Positions 18,121 to 28,605 of a DNA stretch of 57,765 nt are shown one piece after another; positions within the stretch are counted from its first letter, which is position 1; each line of letters starts with the position of its first letter. Below the pieces are notes generated by a model that was not told where the DNA came from, did not search any database, and was given only the letters and a program-made list of their open reading frames with translations. The DNA comes from a virus (Duplodnaviria > Caudoviricetes). The translations under genes were made by a program, and so were the position numbers. Location: positions 1-57,765 of the IMG/VR virus record IMGVR_UViG_3300020045_003609, one strand, 5' to 3'.

Positions 18121-18696
18121 ATGATATTAATAAATAACTTTGAAATAATAAATAACGGATCTCAACTGGCAATTGATGTTGAAACAGATCTTGGATATAA
18201 TATAAGTTCAATATTATTATGGACAATGCCAAACTTTAAAGATTATTCATTAGCTATAAATTTAAATGATTATTTATTAGGTGTAAATAATAAAGAAGTT
18301 TTAATTATAAATGCTGAAGATTTTCAATTATTTAAATTTGAAGATATATGCTTTATAGAGGTGGAAAGTACATTTGTAGATGTTGAAGGTTGCCAAGATT
18401 GTCAATCTCCAGCATTAGGTATTACATATAATCTTTCAACATATTATACGTGTTTACTTAATTATTTAACTGATTTGCAAATTACTCAATGTATAAATTG
18501 TAATAAAGAAGAATCTAATCAAATGGTTATAACTATAAATATGTTAATAGATACAGTAATGAAATCATTAGAAGTTGGATATTATTCACAAGCTATAGAT
18601 ATGATTAATAAGCTTAAAAAATTATGTTCATTAAAAACTTGCGATAATTGCCCAACTATTGAATGCTCAAGTTGTAATAATTTTATACAAACATAA
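18121..18696 (+). CDS. putative tail hub/structural protein with Cys-rich C-terminus
   Basis: CQDC, CINC, C...CDNC....CSSC; start of the tail appendage block. Confidence 0.55.
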   Translation: MILINNFEIINNGSQLAIDVETDLGYNISSILLWTMPNFKDYSLAINLNDYLLGVNNKEVLIINAEDFQLFKFEDICFIEVESTFVDVEGCQDCQSPALGITYNLSTYYTCLLNYLTDLQITQCINCNKEESNQMVITINMLIDTVMKSLEVGYYSQAIDMINKLKKLCSLKTCDNCPTIECSSCNNFIQT

Positions 18697-18697
18697 T

Positions 18698-19639
18698 ATG
18701 ATAGATATAAATGAAAAAACTCACACATCCGTAGTAGTAGGTTCTTTAGATAAAATTTATAATCAATCCAGAGTAACGGGTGTTTTACATTCAAATGATG
18801 TGTATATATTAGATTCTATATATAAATTATTAAGTGGTTGTACAACATCTATTACACATACTCAACGACGTTCATTATTATCTTTATATAACACTATATT
18901 AAATACTTCTAAATATACTTGTAAATCAATTATATTAAGCCAGAATAAAGTTGTATTAAAATCTAAATTTACGCAAGCTGAATATACAGATTGTAATACC
19001 ACTGCTAATTTACAAAAAATATATTATTGGCAAGAACCTAATATAGACATATTATTAAATGATATTATAAATAATGTAAGTGTAAATGGTTATTTACAAA
19101 CTAAATCTTTTGATACCATACCTGTATTTGAAATTGGAAAAACTATATCTTATACAAGTATAGGTTTAATATCTTTTGCTATAACTAATAGTTTAGAAAC
19201 TGATAATTATAGATTATACGATATTATGAATAATGATGTTACAGATGGTTTTACTAGAACATATCTTAATAATAAAACTATATTGTTTGTTTCAAATAAT
19301 ATATATTCACATAGCGATATGTTTATTAAACTTAAAAAATCTACAACACCTTTTATAATTAATATTTTAAAACCTTTCCAAATAAGCACTTATGCCAATG
19401 GAGAAAATGGTTATTTTTTTGGAGGTTGTCCCCCTTTTACTTATCCACCTATTGATAGTACAGCTTATCATAATGGTCAAGGAATTTATCCAGTAATAGG
19501 AGATTATATTTACTTTGATATAGAAGGTATATCTTCTCATAGAAACGGATATTTTATTTTTACTAATAATTCACCTATGGATGTTATGTTTATATCAGCT
19601 GGGATTTCTATCATACTCCCTCCAATATCATGTGAATAA
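18698..19639 (+). CDS. putative tail/structural protein (start revised to MIDINE)
   Basis: ATG at 18698 follows the upstream stop; small Cys-bracketed C-terminal domain. Confidence 0.6.
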   Translation: MIDINEKTHTSVVVGSLDKIYNQSRVTGVLHSNDVYILDSIYKLLSGCTTSITHTQRRSLLSLYNTILNTSKYTCKSIILSQNKVVLKSKFTQAEYTDCNTTANLQKIYYWQEPNIDILLNDIINNVSVNGYLQTKSFDTIPVFEIGKTISYTSIGLISFAITNSLETDNYRLYDIMNNDVTDGFTRTYLNNKTILFVSNNIYSHSDMFIKLKKSTTPFIINILKPFQISTYANGENGYFFGGCPPFTYPPIDSTAYHNGQGIYPVIGDYIYFDIEGISSHRNGYFIFTNNSPMDVMFISAGISIILPPISCE

Positions 19640-19652
19640 ATAAAATAATTAT

Positions 19653-21170
19653 ATGAATTATAATAATATACAATTGGGATTAAACGTTCCTACGCAAATA
19701 CCATTAGATGTTAAACAATATATACAAAGTGAATCAGTACTTTCTAATTTAGGAGTTGATGATAATTTAGCTTTTACATATATTAAAGGTTTAGTTATAT
19801 ATTGCATTAATGAAGATACTAGATGGGAATGGAAACCTAGTTTAGGTTCAGGAGGTTTATTAATTGAAGATTATGTATATCCATCTGGAGTTAATACTTT
19901 TGGTATAGATTATTCCAATCAAGCTTATAACTTTTATCAAGTAGTAAGTTTATCACAAGTTAATTCAGATTGGAATGCTATATCTGGAGTGGAAGAAATA
20001 TTAAACAAACCTACTATAATAACACCCCCTCTAGAAGCATTAGATGAAGGTCAAGGTACTGGTTTTAGAATTAGAGGTAGAAACAATACTTTTTATGGAC
20101 CAATCGGTGATGATGCAGTAGATTTTAGTTATTCTAGTGGAGAATCAGCTACCAATGGTTCTATTGGAACTAACTCATTCTCATCAGGTATAAATATTAA
20201 AACACCAGGTTATTTAGCAAATTCATTTGGTTATCTAATTGACAATCGTGGATCAGGAAGCTTTAACGGAGGTTATAATTTATATAATACAGGTTATACT
20301 AACTCTATATTTGGTACAGGTCATATTGTAAATAGTATGAATACTACTGTAATTGGTCAAGCTGCTAATATAATAACTGAACAAATTACAGATTATAATT
20401 CTACAAATAAACCAATGTTTGTTGTAGGAAATGGTACTATTGCTAATAATGATGATAGTTATAATGTATTAACAAGAAGTGATGCTTTTAAAGTAATGTT
20501 TAATGGGTCAGTTTTAGCACCAAGTTTAACAACTAGTTTAATTACATCTGATGTCACTGGTAGAATATTAATAACTAAAGAGTATTTGACAAGTGTTACA
20601 CCAAATGGTTCAGAAACAAAACTTAATTCTGGAACAAATGTAAGTATAACTGGTGCTGGAACTATACTTTCACCATATGTAATAAATTCTACAGCTTCTG
20701 GAAGTTCTACTATATATTTTGATAATGGTGTTAATACCACTGTTAGTGGTTTTGGAACTTTAGAAGATCCTTATATAATAAATTCTATAGATACTAATAC
20801 AACTTATTCAGCAGGTATAGGATTATCATTAAGTGGAACAACTTTTAATATAGATAATTTACAAAAAGTTATAACATATCCTGCAGATTTTACAGGAACA
20901 AATTATACTTTAATTAATGGGGATAATAATTATGAAATTATTATAGATAATGGTGCTACAGCAGTAACCATCACTGTGCCATCAGGATTAGTTTCTAAAT
21001 TAGGAGTAGGTTTTACACAAAAAGGATCTGGGGATGTAACTTATATAACTTCTGGAACTACTATAAATAACCCAATTGGTTTAAAAATCAAAGGTCAATA
21101 TTATCAAACTTTTTTAAGTCAAGAATTATCAACAAATAATTACTTTTTAGGAGGTAATACTAAAGTATAA
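19653..21170 (+). CDS. tail fibre/spike with YadA-head-like repeats
   Basis: QVNSDWNA..GVEEILNKP, G/S/N-rich 14-aa periodic segment, FVVGNGT...RSDAFKV..NG, tandem GTN.S.TGAGT...PYVINS repeats. Confidence 0.75.
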   Translation: MNYNNIQLGLNVPTQIPLDVKQYIQSESVLSNLGVDDNLAFTYIKGLVIYCINEDTRWEWKPSLGSGGLLIEDYVYPSGVNTFGIDYSNQAYNFYQVVSLSQVNSDWNAISGVEEILNKPTIITPPLEALDEGQGTGFRIRGRNNTFYGPIGDDAVDFSYSSGESATNGSIGTNSFSSGINIKTPGYLANSFGYLIDNRGSGSFNGGYNLYNTGYTNSIFGTGHIVNSMNTTVIGQAANIITEQITDYNSTNKPMFVVGNGTIANNDDSYNVLTRSDAFKVMFNGSVLAPSLTTSLITSDVTGRILITKEYLTSVTPNGSETKLNSGTNVSITGAGTILSPYVINSTASGSSTIYFDNGVNTTVSGFGTLEDPYIINSIDTNTTYSAGIGLSLSGTTFNIDNLQKVITYPADFTGTNYTLINGDNNYEIIIDNGATAVTITVPSGLVSKLGVGFTQKGSGDVTYITSGTTINNPIGLKIKGQYYQTFLSQELSTNNYFLGGNTKV

Positions 21171-21172
21171 AT

Positions 21173-21490
21173 ATGAATAATTTTCAAAAAAATATATATA
21201 AAACATTTAGTGATGATTTAATAGTATCTCCAATTTTAGAATCAGGAGCTTATAGTTCTGTATCAGAACCTTTACCTGATAATAGTTGCGCTTTAACAAT
21301 AGATACTAATTGTTGGATTGATACATTAACTAATGGTATAATTACTTCAGGAGATATAGCTTATACAGATGTTGATGGAACCATACCTATTATAGGTGGT
21401 AATCAATACTATAAAATGTCTTTAGTAAATAGTTATGTAGTATTAATTCAAAATGATGGTACAGTGAGTGTACATACAATATGTGCATAA
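21173..21490 (+). CDS. small Cys-bracketed beta-domain protein (fibre-associated)
   Basis: C...GDIAYTDVDGT.P..GG..YY...I..DG.V....C. Confidence 0.6.
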   Translation: MNNFQKNIYKTFSDDLIVSPILESGAYSSVSEPLPDNSCALTIDTNCWIDTLTNGIITSGDIAYTDVDGTIPIIGGNQYYKMSLVNSYVVLIQNDGTVSVHTICA

Positions 21491-21511
21491 TATAAAAACT
21501 AAATAAATTGT

Positions 21512-21904
21512 ATGATGATGATAGAATGTAACGAAATATCTCAAACTATAAATGAATTACTAATTTCATTTAAAGATTGTAACAAAATAAAAAATGAAGA
21601 TTTAAGAAAAATGGTAGAATTAATATCTACCGTTAATACTTGCCAGAATGGAGGACCAAATTACAATACTTTAGTGGTCAATACATATGAACCAATTGTA
21701 GATGAACTTGTAACCTATCCTATAAATTCATTCCATTCAATAACAATAGTAGTATTAGTAGGAAGTATAGTGTATAATACATTTACATTTCCAGCAGGAT
21801 TAACTCAAAATGTTGAATTTACAACTTTAAATCAAACCCCTATTACGTTTGTAGCTAAAGCTGGATGTAAAGTAATGGTTGAATATATAATAGAAACAGT
21901 ATAA
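21512..21904 (+). CDS. hypothetical structural protein
   Basis: 130-aa ORF coupled (TAATG) to the next fibre gene. Confidence 0.65.
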   Translation: MMMIECNEISQTINELLISFKDCNKIKNEDLRKMVELISTVNTCQNGGPNYNTLVVNTYEPIVDELVTYPINSFHSITIVVLVGSIVYNTFTFPAGLTQNVEFTTLNQTPITFVAKAGCKVMVEYIIETV

Positions 21905-24900
21905 TGGCTAAAATAACAACTATATTATCAAATACAACGGAAGTTGTACATAATAACACTCAAGGTTTAAACGATGGTGATTATATTCACTTAACTCAAC
22001 TTGAAAAAGATAAATTTGATGCTATTCAAGATATAACTCAGTATACAGATGAATTAGCTCAAGATGCTATAGGATCAATACTTACAGATAGTTCAACTAT
22101 TGATATAACATACGATGATGTCACACCAATTATTTTAGCAGATGTGAAGTTAAATTCAATTGACGCAACACATTTATCAGATACTATAGATACTTCTACT
22201 TTTGTAAATGATGGAGATGATGGAATCAACCCATTTATTTCCGCTCAAGAATTATCAGGGTATGTACCTTACACAGGGGCAATAACTAACGTAAATTTAG
22301 GAGAATTTCAACTAAAATCGGGACAAATAGAATTCGATCAAACTCCAACCCAAACACAAGGTATAGCTAAATTAAGATGGAATGATGCTGATGGGACTAT
22401 AGAATTAGGATTAAAAGGTGGAAATGTAACTTTACAGATAGGGCAAGAGCAGGTAATTAGAATTGTAAATAAAACAGGTTTTAACTTATTAGAAGGAAAT
22501 TATCAATGTGTTTATAGTTCTGGCGCACAAGGACAAAGAATGAAAGTAGAATTAGCTCAAGCAAATACTATTAGTAATTCAAATAGAACTATAGGGTTAG
22601 TAACAGAAAACATAAATAATAATCAAGAGGGATTTATAACTACAAGTGGATTAATTAGAGGGGTAAATACTACAGGAAGTTTACAAGGAGAAACTTGGGT
22701 AGATGGTGATATATTATACTTAAGTACAGCTTCAGCAGGGGAATTAACAAATATCTTACCAACAAGTCCTTCTAGAAAAGTAGTAGTAGGATATGTAATA
22801 AGTTCTCATATTACACAAGGAAGTATATTTGTAAGTGTAAATACGGGATTATCTATAGATGAAATACACGATGTTGAAATAACAGGTACAACTTTAAATA
22901 AAGTAATAGGTTCAACTACAGAAGGAATTTGGGAAAATAAAACTATAGATTCCATACTTGGATATACTCCAGAGAATGTTGCTAATAAACAAAACTCGCT
23001 CATAGTAGATGGAACAGGTACAAAATACGCTACTGTTGATGCAGTTAATGGGGGTATTATTCAAAAAAATTACATCCCATCTGTTTTAACGAATTGGAAA
23101 AAAAAGTTATTAACTAGTGCGTCAACTGCTAAAATAATCTTATTAGGTGATAGTACTTCAGATCAAGCAGGTAATTTCTTCCCTGCGGTTGAATCTATTA
23201 CAAATTTTACTAGACAAGGAAGACCATTAGATGGAGTACAAATGTCTAACGTTCCAAATTTCGGAAGCAACGGTAATACGATATCTTCTTTATGGAGTAA
23301 TAAAACACAAGTTAAAGGATTAGACGCTGTAATTGCGCAAAATCCCGATTTGGTTGTTTTTTCCTACGGCATAAACGACATACGCATAAACGCATTGACA
23401 AAAGACCAGTTGAAAACTCATATTATTGATTGTATAAATTATTTAAAAGCGTCTTTACCTAATTGTGATTTTGTATTAAGAATGCCAAACAGTTTTGTTG
23501 CTGGATTGAACCAAGGATATATTTTTCAAGGAAGCTATGCTACTCAGTCGTTAGCGGCGCAAGGGCAAACGGACATCTTGTATAACGCTTATAAAGAATT
23601 AGATAAATATTGGGACGACGTAATTTTATTTAATACTCAGGATAAGATATATGGTAGAATTTGCCCTACTACCACAATCTTAATGACTGACGAAATCCAC
23701 CCAGAATATCTTTCTATGTTAAATGAATTAGTTAAGATAATCGGTGTGGAGGATGATTTTAAGAAAGAAAGAGCAAAAGCGGCAACCGCTATAAATTACC
23801 CTGCTCCGTGGAATGTTTATAACAAATCTTTGGATTTAGACATTAATTTTATAAAAATTTTAGACGGTGTTTCTTTAGGACAAGCATTATCTTATGTTGA
23901 TTTATCTGTAGCTGGAGAAAATATGAATAAATATTCTGTTATACCTGGAGATATTGTAAGTATGGGTGATGATGTAATTTTCAAAGCAAGTGGAGGGAGC
24001 GCTGTAAGCGCTGGACAATTTAGGGTATTTTCTATTGGAAATATACCAACTAATTCAATAACAGGTACAGCTAGCGTTAAAATTTATAGACATAAGTATA
24101 ACAATACGCAAGCACAGGAAATATATTTCATGGATAAAGTAAACTATCCTTACATTCATAGAATTTCAATATCTATTTTAAATGATACTCAATTAATAGT
24201 TAATCAGATAATAGACGACGACTTAATTACTGGTAAAATTCAAGGATTAATTCCTGATAATCTACAATTATCACCAACTGATATTTTACTTGTAGAAGGA
24301 CAGTCTCCGTTAACATTAACAGGTGTGTCAATATCGCCTTTTCAACCTACGAATGCAATAATGTCAATATCAACGGGCGGTTTTAATGCGTTAGGAAGCC
24401 CAACATACGCCTATATAGTAGGAAATCACGGTTATGAAGGTCAGAGAAGTAATTCTCCTGCATTTACAGGAACACCAACAGCACCGACAGCTACTTTAGG
24501 AACAAATTCAACACAACTTGCAAGTACTGCATTTGTTCAATCTACACTTAAATCTAAATCTGGATGGGCAAACTATTCAACAACTACTTACACAAGTGTA
24601 AGTCCATTTAGCATTGCCCCATCAACTACAGTTACTTTGCCTAACGATGCAAACAATTCTATAATAACTGATTTACCATTAGGTGTAACTTCTTTTTACA
24701 ATGGTACAACTAATAAAATAACACCTCCTACAATAGGTGATTCGTATATTATAAATGTTAGGTTTAAAGCAAAAACTACAACTAATAATGATTACTTAAC
24801 ACTTTATATTGATATTGGATCTGGTGATCAAATTAATGCTGAATCAAGACCATTTTTAAAAGGTGCAAATACTGAGCAATCTTTTAATTTTACTTTACCA

Positions 24901-25017
24901 ATTTATACGCTTTCTACATTTGTAACTAATGGTGGTTTAATAAAAATAAATTCTAATCTTGGTACTATTACAATTTATGATATCACTTTTTTTATAACAC
25001 GTAACTATACAAGATAA
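21904..25017 (+). CDS. tail fibre/spike with SGNH(GDSL) hydrolase domain
   Basis: LLGDSTS (block I), NFGSNG (II), YGIND (III), DEIHP (V); SPAFTGTPTAPTA...TQLASTAFV fibre motif. Confidence 0.82.
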   Translation: MAKITTILSNTTEVVHNNTQGLNDGDYIHLTQLEKDKFDAIQDITQYTDELAQDAIGSILTDSSTIDITYDDVTPIILADVKLNSIDATHLSDTIDTSTFVNDGDDGINPFISAQELSGYVPYTGAITNVNLGEFQLKSGQIEFDQTPTQTQGIAKLRWNDADGTIELGLKGGNVTLQIGQEQVIRIVNKTGFNLLEGNYQCVYSSGAQGQRMKVELAQANTISNSNRTIGLVTENINNNQEGFITTSGLIRGVNTTGSLQGETWVDGDILYLSTASAGELTNILPTSPSRKVVVGYVISSHITQGSIFVSVNTGLSIDEIHDVEITGTTLNKVIGSTTEGIWENKTIDSILGYTPENVANKQNSLIVDGTGTKYATVDAVNGGIIQKNYIPSVLTNWKKKLLTSASTAKIILLGDSTSDQAGNFFPAVESITNFTRQGRPLDGVQMSNVPNFGSNGNTISSLWSNKTQVKGLDAVIAQNPDLVVFSYGINDIRINALTKDQLKTHIIDCINYLKASLPNCDFVLRMPNSFVAGLNQGYIFQGSYATQSLAAQGQTDILYNAYKELDKYWDDVILFNTQDKIYGRICPTTTILMTDEIHPEYLSMLNELVKIIGVEDDFKKERAKAATAINYPAPWNVYNKSLDLDINFIKILDGVSLGQALSYVDLSVAGENMNKYSVIPGDIVSMGDDVIFKASGGSAVSAGQFRVFSIGNIPTNSITGTASVKIYRHKYNNTQAQEIYFMDKVNYPYIHRISISILNDTQLIVNQIIDDDLITGKIQGLIPDNLQLSPTDILLVEGQSPLTLTGVSISPFQPTNAIMSISTGGFNALGSPTYAYIVGNHGYEGQRSNSPAFTGTPTAPTATLGTNSTQLASTAFVQSTLKSKSGWANYSTTTYTSVSPFSIAPSTTVTLPNDANNSIITDLPLGVTSFYNGTTNKITPPTIGDSYIINVRFKAKTTTNNDYLTLYIDIGSGDQINAESRPFLKGANTEQSFNFTLPIYTLSTFVTNGGLIKINSNLGTITIYDITFFITRNYTR

Positions 25018-26255
25018 TGAAAATATACTATGATTTATTAGCCCAAAATGTAAACTTTGAAAGTTTGGGTAGATTTTTTGCAAACGGTTCTTTAGAAGCA
25101 ATTGCTGACGGTGAAAATGTTTTTGCAAGATATAAAGGTGGTGATGTAAAAGAAATTTACGAAAACTTTTCTTTAATTCAAAAACAAGATGGTACATCTG
25201 CAGGTGTAAATGTTACAGATGTAGTTAATTATTTAAATAATGAGTTTAATCAGGTAATTTCTACATCTGGAGTAAGTGAAACAACAGCTACAATCCAAGT
25301 TAAAAGACCTTTAAAAACAATTGTAAATAAAAGTTTAGAAGGTGTTGGGAATGTCGTACTACTAAAATCAGATATTAATTTATCAAATGTAGATGATACT
25401 AGTGATTTAAATAAACCAGTTAGCACAGCTACTTTGTTAGTATTAAATAATAAAGCTGATTCTGTACATAATCATTTGATTTCAGATATATCTGGATTAC
25501 AAATATCTTTAGATAATAAATTAGATGAAAATGCAACAATTATAGCTGGTACAAAAACTAAAATTACATATGATAGTAAAGGTTTAGTCACTAGTGGAAC
25601 TAATTCAACGACATCTGATATTGATGAAAGTTTAAATAGGCGATATGTTACAGATATTCAACAAACGATTATTGATAATACTAGTGGTATAAATACAGGT
25701 GATGAAGATATATCTTCTATTCAAACTAAAAGACCTTTAAAGACAATTAATAGTATATCAATAGAAGGATCTGGCAATATAGTTATATCAGGAAGTAGTA
25801 AACCTACATTAACATTAGTAAAATCTAATGCTACAACAATTACAGAAACTGTTATAGCAAGATGGGGAATACCTGCAAGTAGTATAACAAGTTTAAGTTC
25901 AATTCTAGCACGTGCAAGGTTTCAAGCAGGAGGTACAGCTACAAGTATTTGGAGGTTAAGAATTGGAGCTACTGGAACTATAACTGATACTTTATTATCG
26001 CAATGTACTACAAGTGTGGCACAAGTTGCAAACTCACAAGGAAGTGCTGAATTTATAGTAGAATTTCCAACAACAACTAGTGCGATTGGTTCTGGATTTG
26101 CTATAATGCAAAATGCAGTTTTAGGAACAACTACCGGTGTTGGAGCAACCGCTACAATAATTCCAACAGCAATTGTTTATATATCAGTTACAATGCAATT
26201 AAGTGCTATCAATAGTAGTATTACTAAAGCTTGTTTAGCAAGTTGGAATGATTAA
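25017..26255 (+). CDS. tail fibre protein with internal repeat
   Basis: LSNVDDTSDLNKPVSTA, HNH.ISDISGL, KITYDSKGLVTSG; IQ.KRPLKTI...S.EG.GN occurs twice. Confidence 0.75.
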   Translation: MKIYYDLLAQNVNFESLGRFFANGSLEAIADGENVFARYKGGDVKEIYENFSLIQKQDGTSAGVNVTDVVNYLNNEFNQVISTSGVSETTATIQVKRPLKTIVNKSLEGVGNVVLLKSDINLSNVDDTSDLNKPVSTATLLVLNNKADSVHNHLISDISGLQISLDNKLDENATIIAGTKTKITYDSKGLVTSGTNSTTSDIDESLNRRYVTDIQQTIIDNTSGINTGDEDISSIQTKRPLKTINSISIEGSGNIVISGSSKPTLTLVKSNATTITETVIARWGIPASSITSLSSILARARFQAGGTATSIWRLRIGATGTITDTLLSQCTTSVAQVANSQGSAEFIVEFPTTTSAIGSGFAIMQNAVLGTTTGVGATATIIPTAIVYISVTMQLSAINSSITKACLASWND

Positions 26256-26277
26256 TAATTAATAATTAATAAATAAT

Positions 26278-26523
26278 ATGACAAAAAAATTTTTAGCTAA
26301 AGTTACTAGTATTATAATTTTAGTAAGTGCATTTATAGATACAAATTTAGATGTATTACACGGTATAGGATTAGAAGATATATTAATAAACTGGATTAAA
26401 ATGATAGGGTTAGTTATAGCTGCTGTATTACCAGGATTACCATTTACATCTAAACCTAAAATTTCAAGTGAAGATGATGATATTGCAGGAGGTGGTATTA
26501 AAAACCCACCAAAAATTCAATAA
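26278..26523 (+). CDS. small two-TM protein, holin candidate
   Basis: Two hydrophobic segments and a charged tail; in the lysis cluster. Confidence 0.5.
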   Translation: MTKKFLAKVTSIIILVSAFIDTNLDVLHGIGLEDILINWIKMIGLVIAAVLPGLPFTSKPKISSEDDDIAGGGIKNPPKIQ

Positions 26524-26875
26524 AAAATTTATAAAATCTAAATTATATTGGATACCCATAATGATGTTGCTATTTACATTTTTATCTAATTTTACATTAT
26601 TTAATTATGTTTTAATAGGTAATATATTAGGGTATTCAATATTATCTAATATTATATTATATTTTTATTTTAATAATAAACGTTATTGTTGGTTAACTAG
26701 AACTACGCCGATAGCATTAATTATTATAAACATTATAGATATAATAGGATTGTATATGCCACAAATAATTTACTCACAAATCTACAATATAATAACATGT
26801 ATTAGTGTCTTTACACTATTTATTATATTTGAAATAAAAAAAAGAATTAAAAATGATTCAACTTCAAACAACTAA
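26468..26875 (+). CDS. multi-pass membrane protein (start uncertain)
   Basis: About four hydrophobic helices; upstream of the endolysin. Confidence 0.55.
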   Translation: MKMMILQEVVLKTHQKFNKKFIKSKLYWIPIMMLLFTFLSNFTLFNYVLIGNILGYSILSNIILYFYFNNKRYCWLTRTTPIALIIINIIDIIGLYMPQIIYSQIYNIITCISVFTLFIIFEIKKRIKNDSTSNN

Positions 26876-27134
26876 TGATTTACATAGTGTACTTTCAACA
26901 TCAGATGCTACAATAGCTGGCGTATTAATAGCTATTGCAATATCATTTGGTCTTGTAATTAGATATTTGTTTAAAACAAACCAAGACCTTTCAAAAACTT
27001 ATATGGAAAAATTTGAAAGTTTAAATAAAGAATTTGTAGCTGAATTAAAAGCTAATAACGAAGCATTGATTAAAGTTAATAACTTCCAAAATGAATTTGT
27101 TAATAATATGATTGCGTTAAACAAGAATAAATAA
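26853..27134 (+). CDS. single-TM coiled-coil protein, holin/antiholin candidate
   Basis: IAGVLIAIAISFGLVIRYLF followed by heptads. Confidence 0.55.
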   Translation: MIQLQTTNDLHSVLSTSDATIAGVLIAIAISFGLVIRYLFKTNQDLSKTYMEKFESLNKEFVAELKANNEALIKVNNFQNEFVNNMIALNKNK

Positions 27135-27337
27135 TGTGTTCGGAGACAATAGTATGTATAGATAGCAATGTATTTGATGAAATGATATCTGAAATACAAC
27201 ATACTAGAACTCAACTGGAACAATCATTACATAAGTCTGAAAAAATACTTAAAAAACTTTGCCAATTAAAAACAAATTCTACTAAATATTCTAGTAGTGA
27301 TAATTTAAATAATATTATATATGATAAACAAAGTTAA
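27134..27337 (+). CDS. hypothetical coiled-coil protein
   Basis: Coupled to both neighbours. Confidence 0.55.
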   Translation: MCSETIVCIDSNVFDEMISEIQHTRTQLEQSLHKSEKILKKLCQLKTNSTKYSSSDNLNNIIYDKQS

Positions 27338-27896
27338 CTTTTACAAAAAAGTTCGTTCAAGTTTTAGTAAACTCTCTCAACAACAAGTTGAGGGGTTTGA
27401 AGCTATTATAAATGAATGGGAACTTACAAAATATAAAGATATACGTTGGTTGGCGTATATGTTAGCAACAACATGGCATGAAACTGCTAAAACTATGCAA
27501 CCAATCGAAGAATATGGTAAAGGTAAAGCTAGACCTTATGGTAAAAAATTAAAACATTCTAAAGTAGCTTATGTAACTCCTAATAAACTATATTATGGTA
27601 GAGGTTTTGTTCAACTAACTTGGTATGAAAATTATCAACTTTTAGGTAGATTATTAAAAGTTGATTTACTTAATAAACCTGAATTAGCATTAGATTTAAA
27701 AATATCTACTAAAATATTATTTGAAGGTATGACAACAGGATCGTCTTCTATAGGTGATTTTACAGGAAAGTGTTTAGAAATATATTTTAATGATAAAATT
27801 GAAGATCCTATAAATGCTCGTAGAATTATAAATGGTACAGATAAAGCTGAATTAATAGCAATTTATTATAAGTTATTTAAAGAAGCATTAATATAA
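27321..27896 (+). CDS. endolysin, glycoside hydrolase family 19 (lysozyme-like)
   Basis: LAYMLATTWHET..TMQPIEE, YYGRGFVQLTW.ENY, ARRIING. Confidence 0.92.
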   Translation: MINKVNFYKKVRSSFSKLSQQQVEGFEAIINEWELTKYKDIRWLAYMLATTWHETAKTMQPIEEYGKGKARPYGKKLKHSKVAYVTPNKLYYGRGFVQLTWYENYQLLGRLLKVDLLNKPELALDLKISTKILFEGMTTGSSSIGDFTGKCLEIYFNDKIEDPINARRIINGTDKAELIAIYYKLFKEALI

Positions 27897-27902
27897 TTAA
27901 TT

Positions 27903-28532
27903 ATGGAAATTTTAAAAAGTAATATAAAAATTATAATAATAGTAATATTATTAAGTGTAATTTTTATACAAAGAAGTTGTTATAATAACTCTAAACAAAA
28001 AGTTCAATCTACAAACTTACCTATTATAGAAGGTAAATTTGATAAGGTTAAACCTATACCTAATGTTATAGATACAGTGTATTTAGACAGTATTGTATAC
28101 AAAGATAAGGTTGTTAAAGTTGATAGACCTGTAGATAAAAAGTTAGTAGAAGATTATTTAAAAGCTAAAGATAGTATTGCAAAGTTAAACTTATATGTTA
28201 ATTCAGTACAGACTAATACATATACTAAAACTTTCTCAGACGATAAGATTGACATTACAGTTAACGCTGAAACTACTGGCACACTAAATTGGTTAGATTT
28301 AAAATACAAAAGTAAAGCTATTAAAGTTGATTTACCAGTAATAACTAAAACTACTAAATTTGCATTATACGCCGGTGGAGGTTTAAATGTTAATATTGTA
28401 GATATTAAACCTGAATATTTTGTTAATGCAGGTGTTCAAAATAAACGAGGTGATATTATATTAGGTGGATTTGGTTCAAATAAAACTATTCAAGCTACTT
28501 ATGTGTTTAGAATATTGAACATTACAAAATAA
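27903..28532 (+). CDS. putative spanin-like / outer-membrane lysis protein
   Basis: N-terminal hydrophobic stretch ending QRSC (lipobox-like), C-terminal amphipathic beta strands; follows the endolysin. Confidence 0.5.
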   Translation: MEILKSNIKIIIIVILLSVIFIQRSCYNNSKQKVQSTNLPIIEGKFDKVKPIPNVIDTVYLDSIVYKDKVVKVDRPVDKKLVEDYLKAKDSIAKLNLYVNSVQTNTYTKTFSDDKIDITVNAETTGTLNWLDLKYKSKAIKVDLPVITKTTKFALYAGGGLNVNIVDIKPEYFVNAGVQNKRGDIILGGFGSNKTIQATYVFRILNITK

Positions 28533-28555
28533 TTATAAAATAATTCACTAAAAAT

Positions 28556-28586
28556 TAGGATATGTCATTTAAAATGAGTATCTTTG
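28556..28586 (+). promoter_or_regulatory. Promoter (TAGGATAT / TATCTTTG)
   Basis: Same bipartite motif, 23-nt offset. Confidence 0.82.
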
Positions 28587-28605
28587 CTAAAATTAAATTA
28601 TATAT

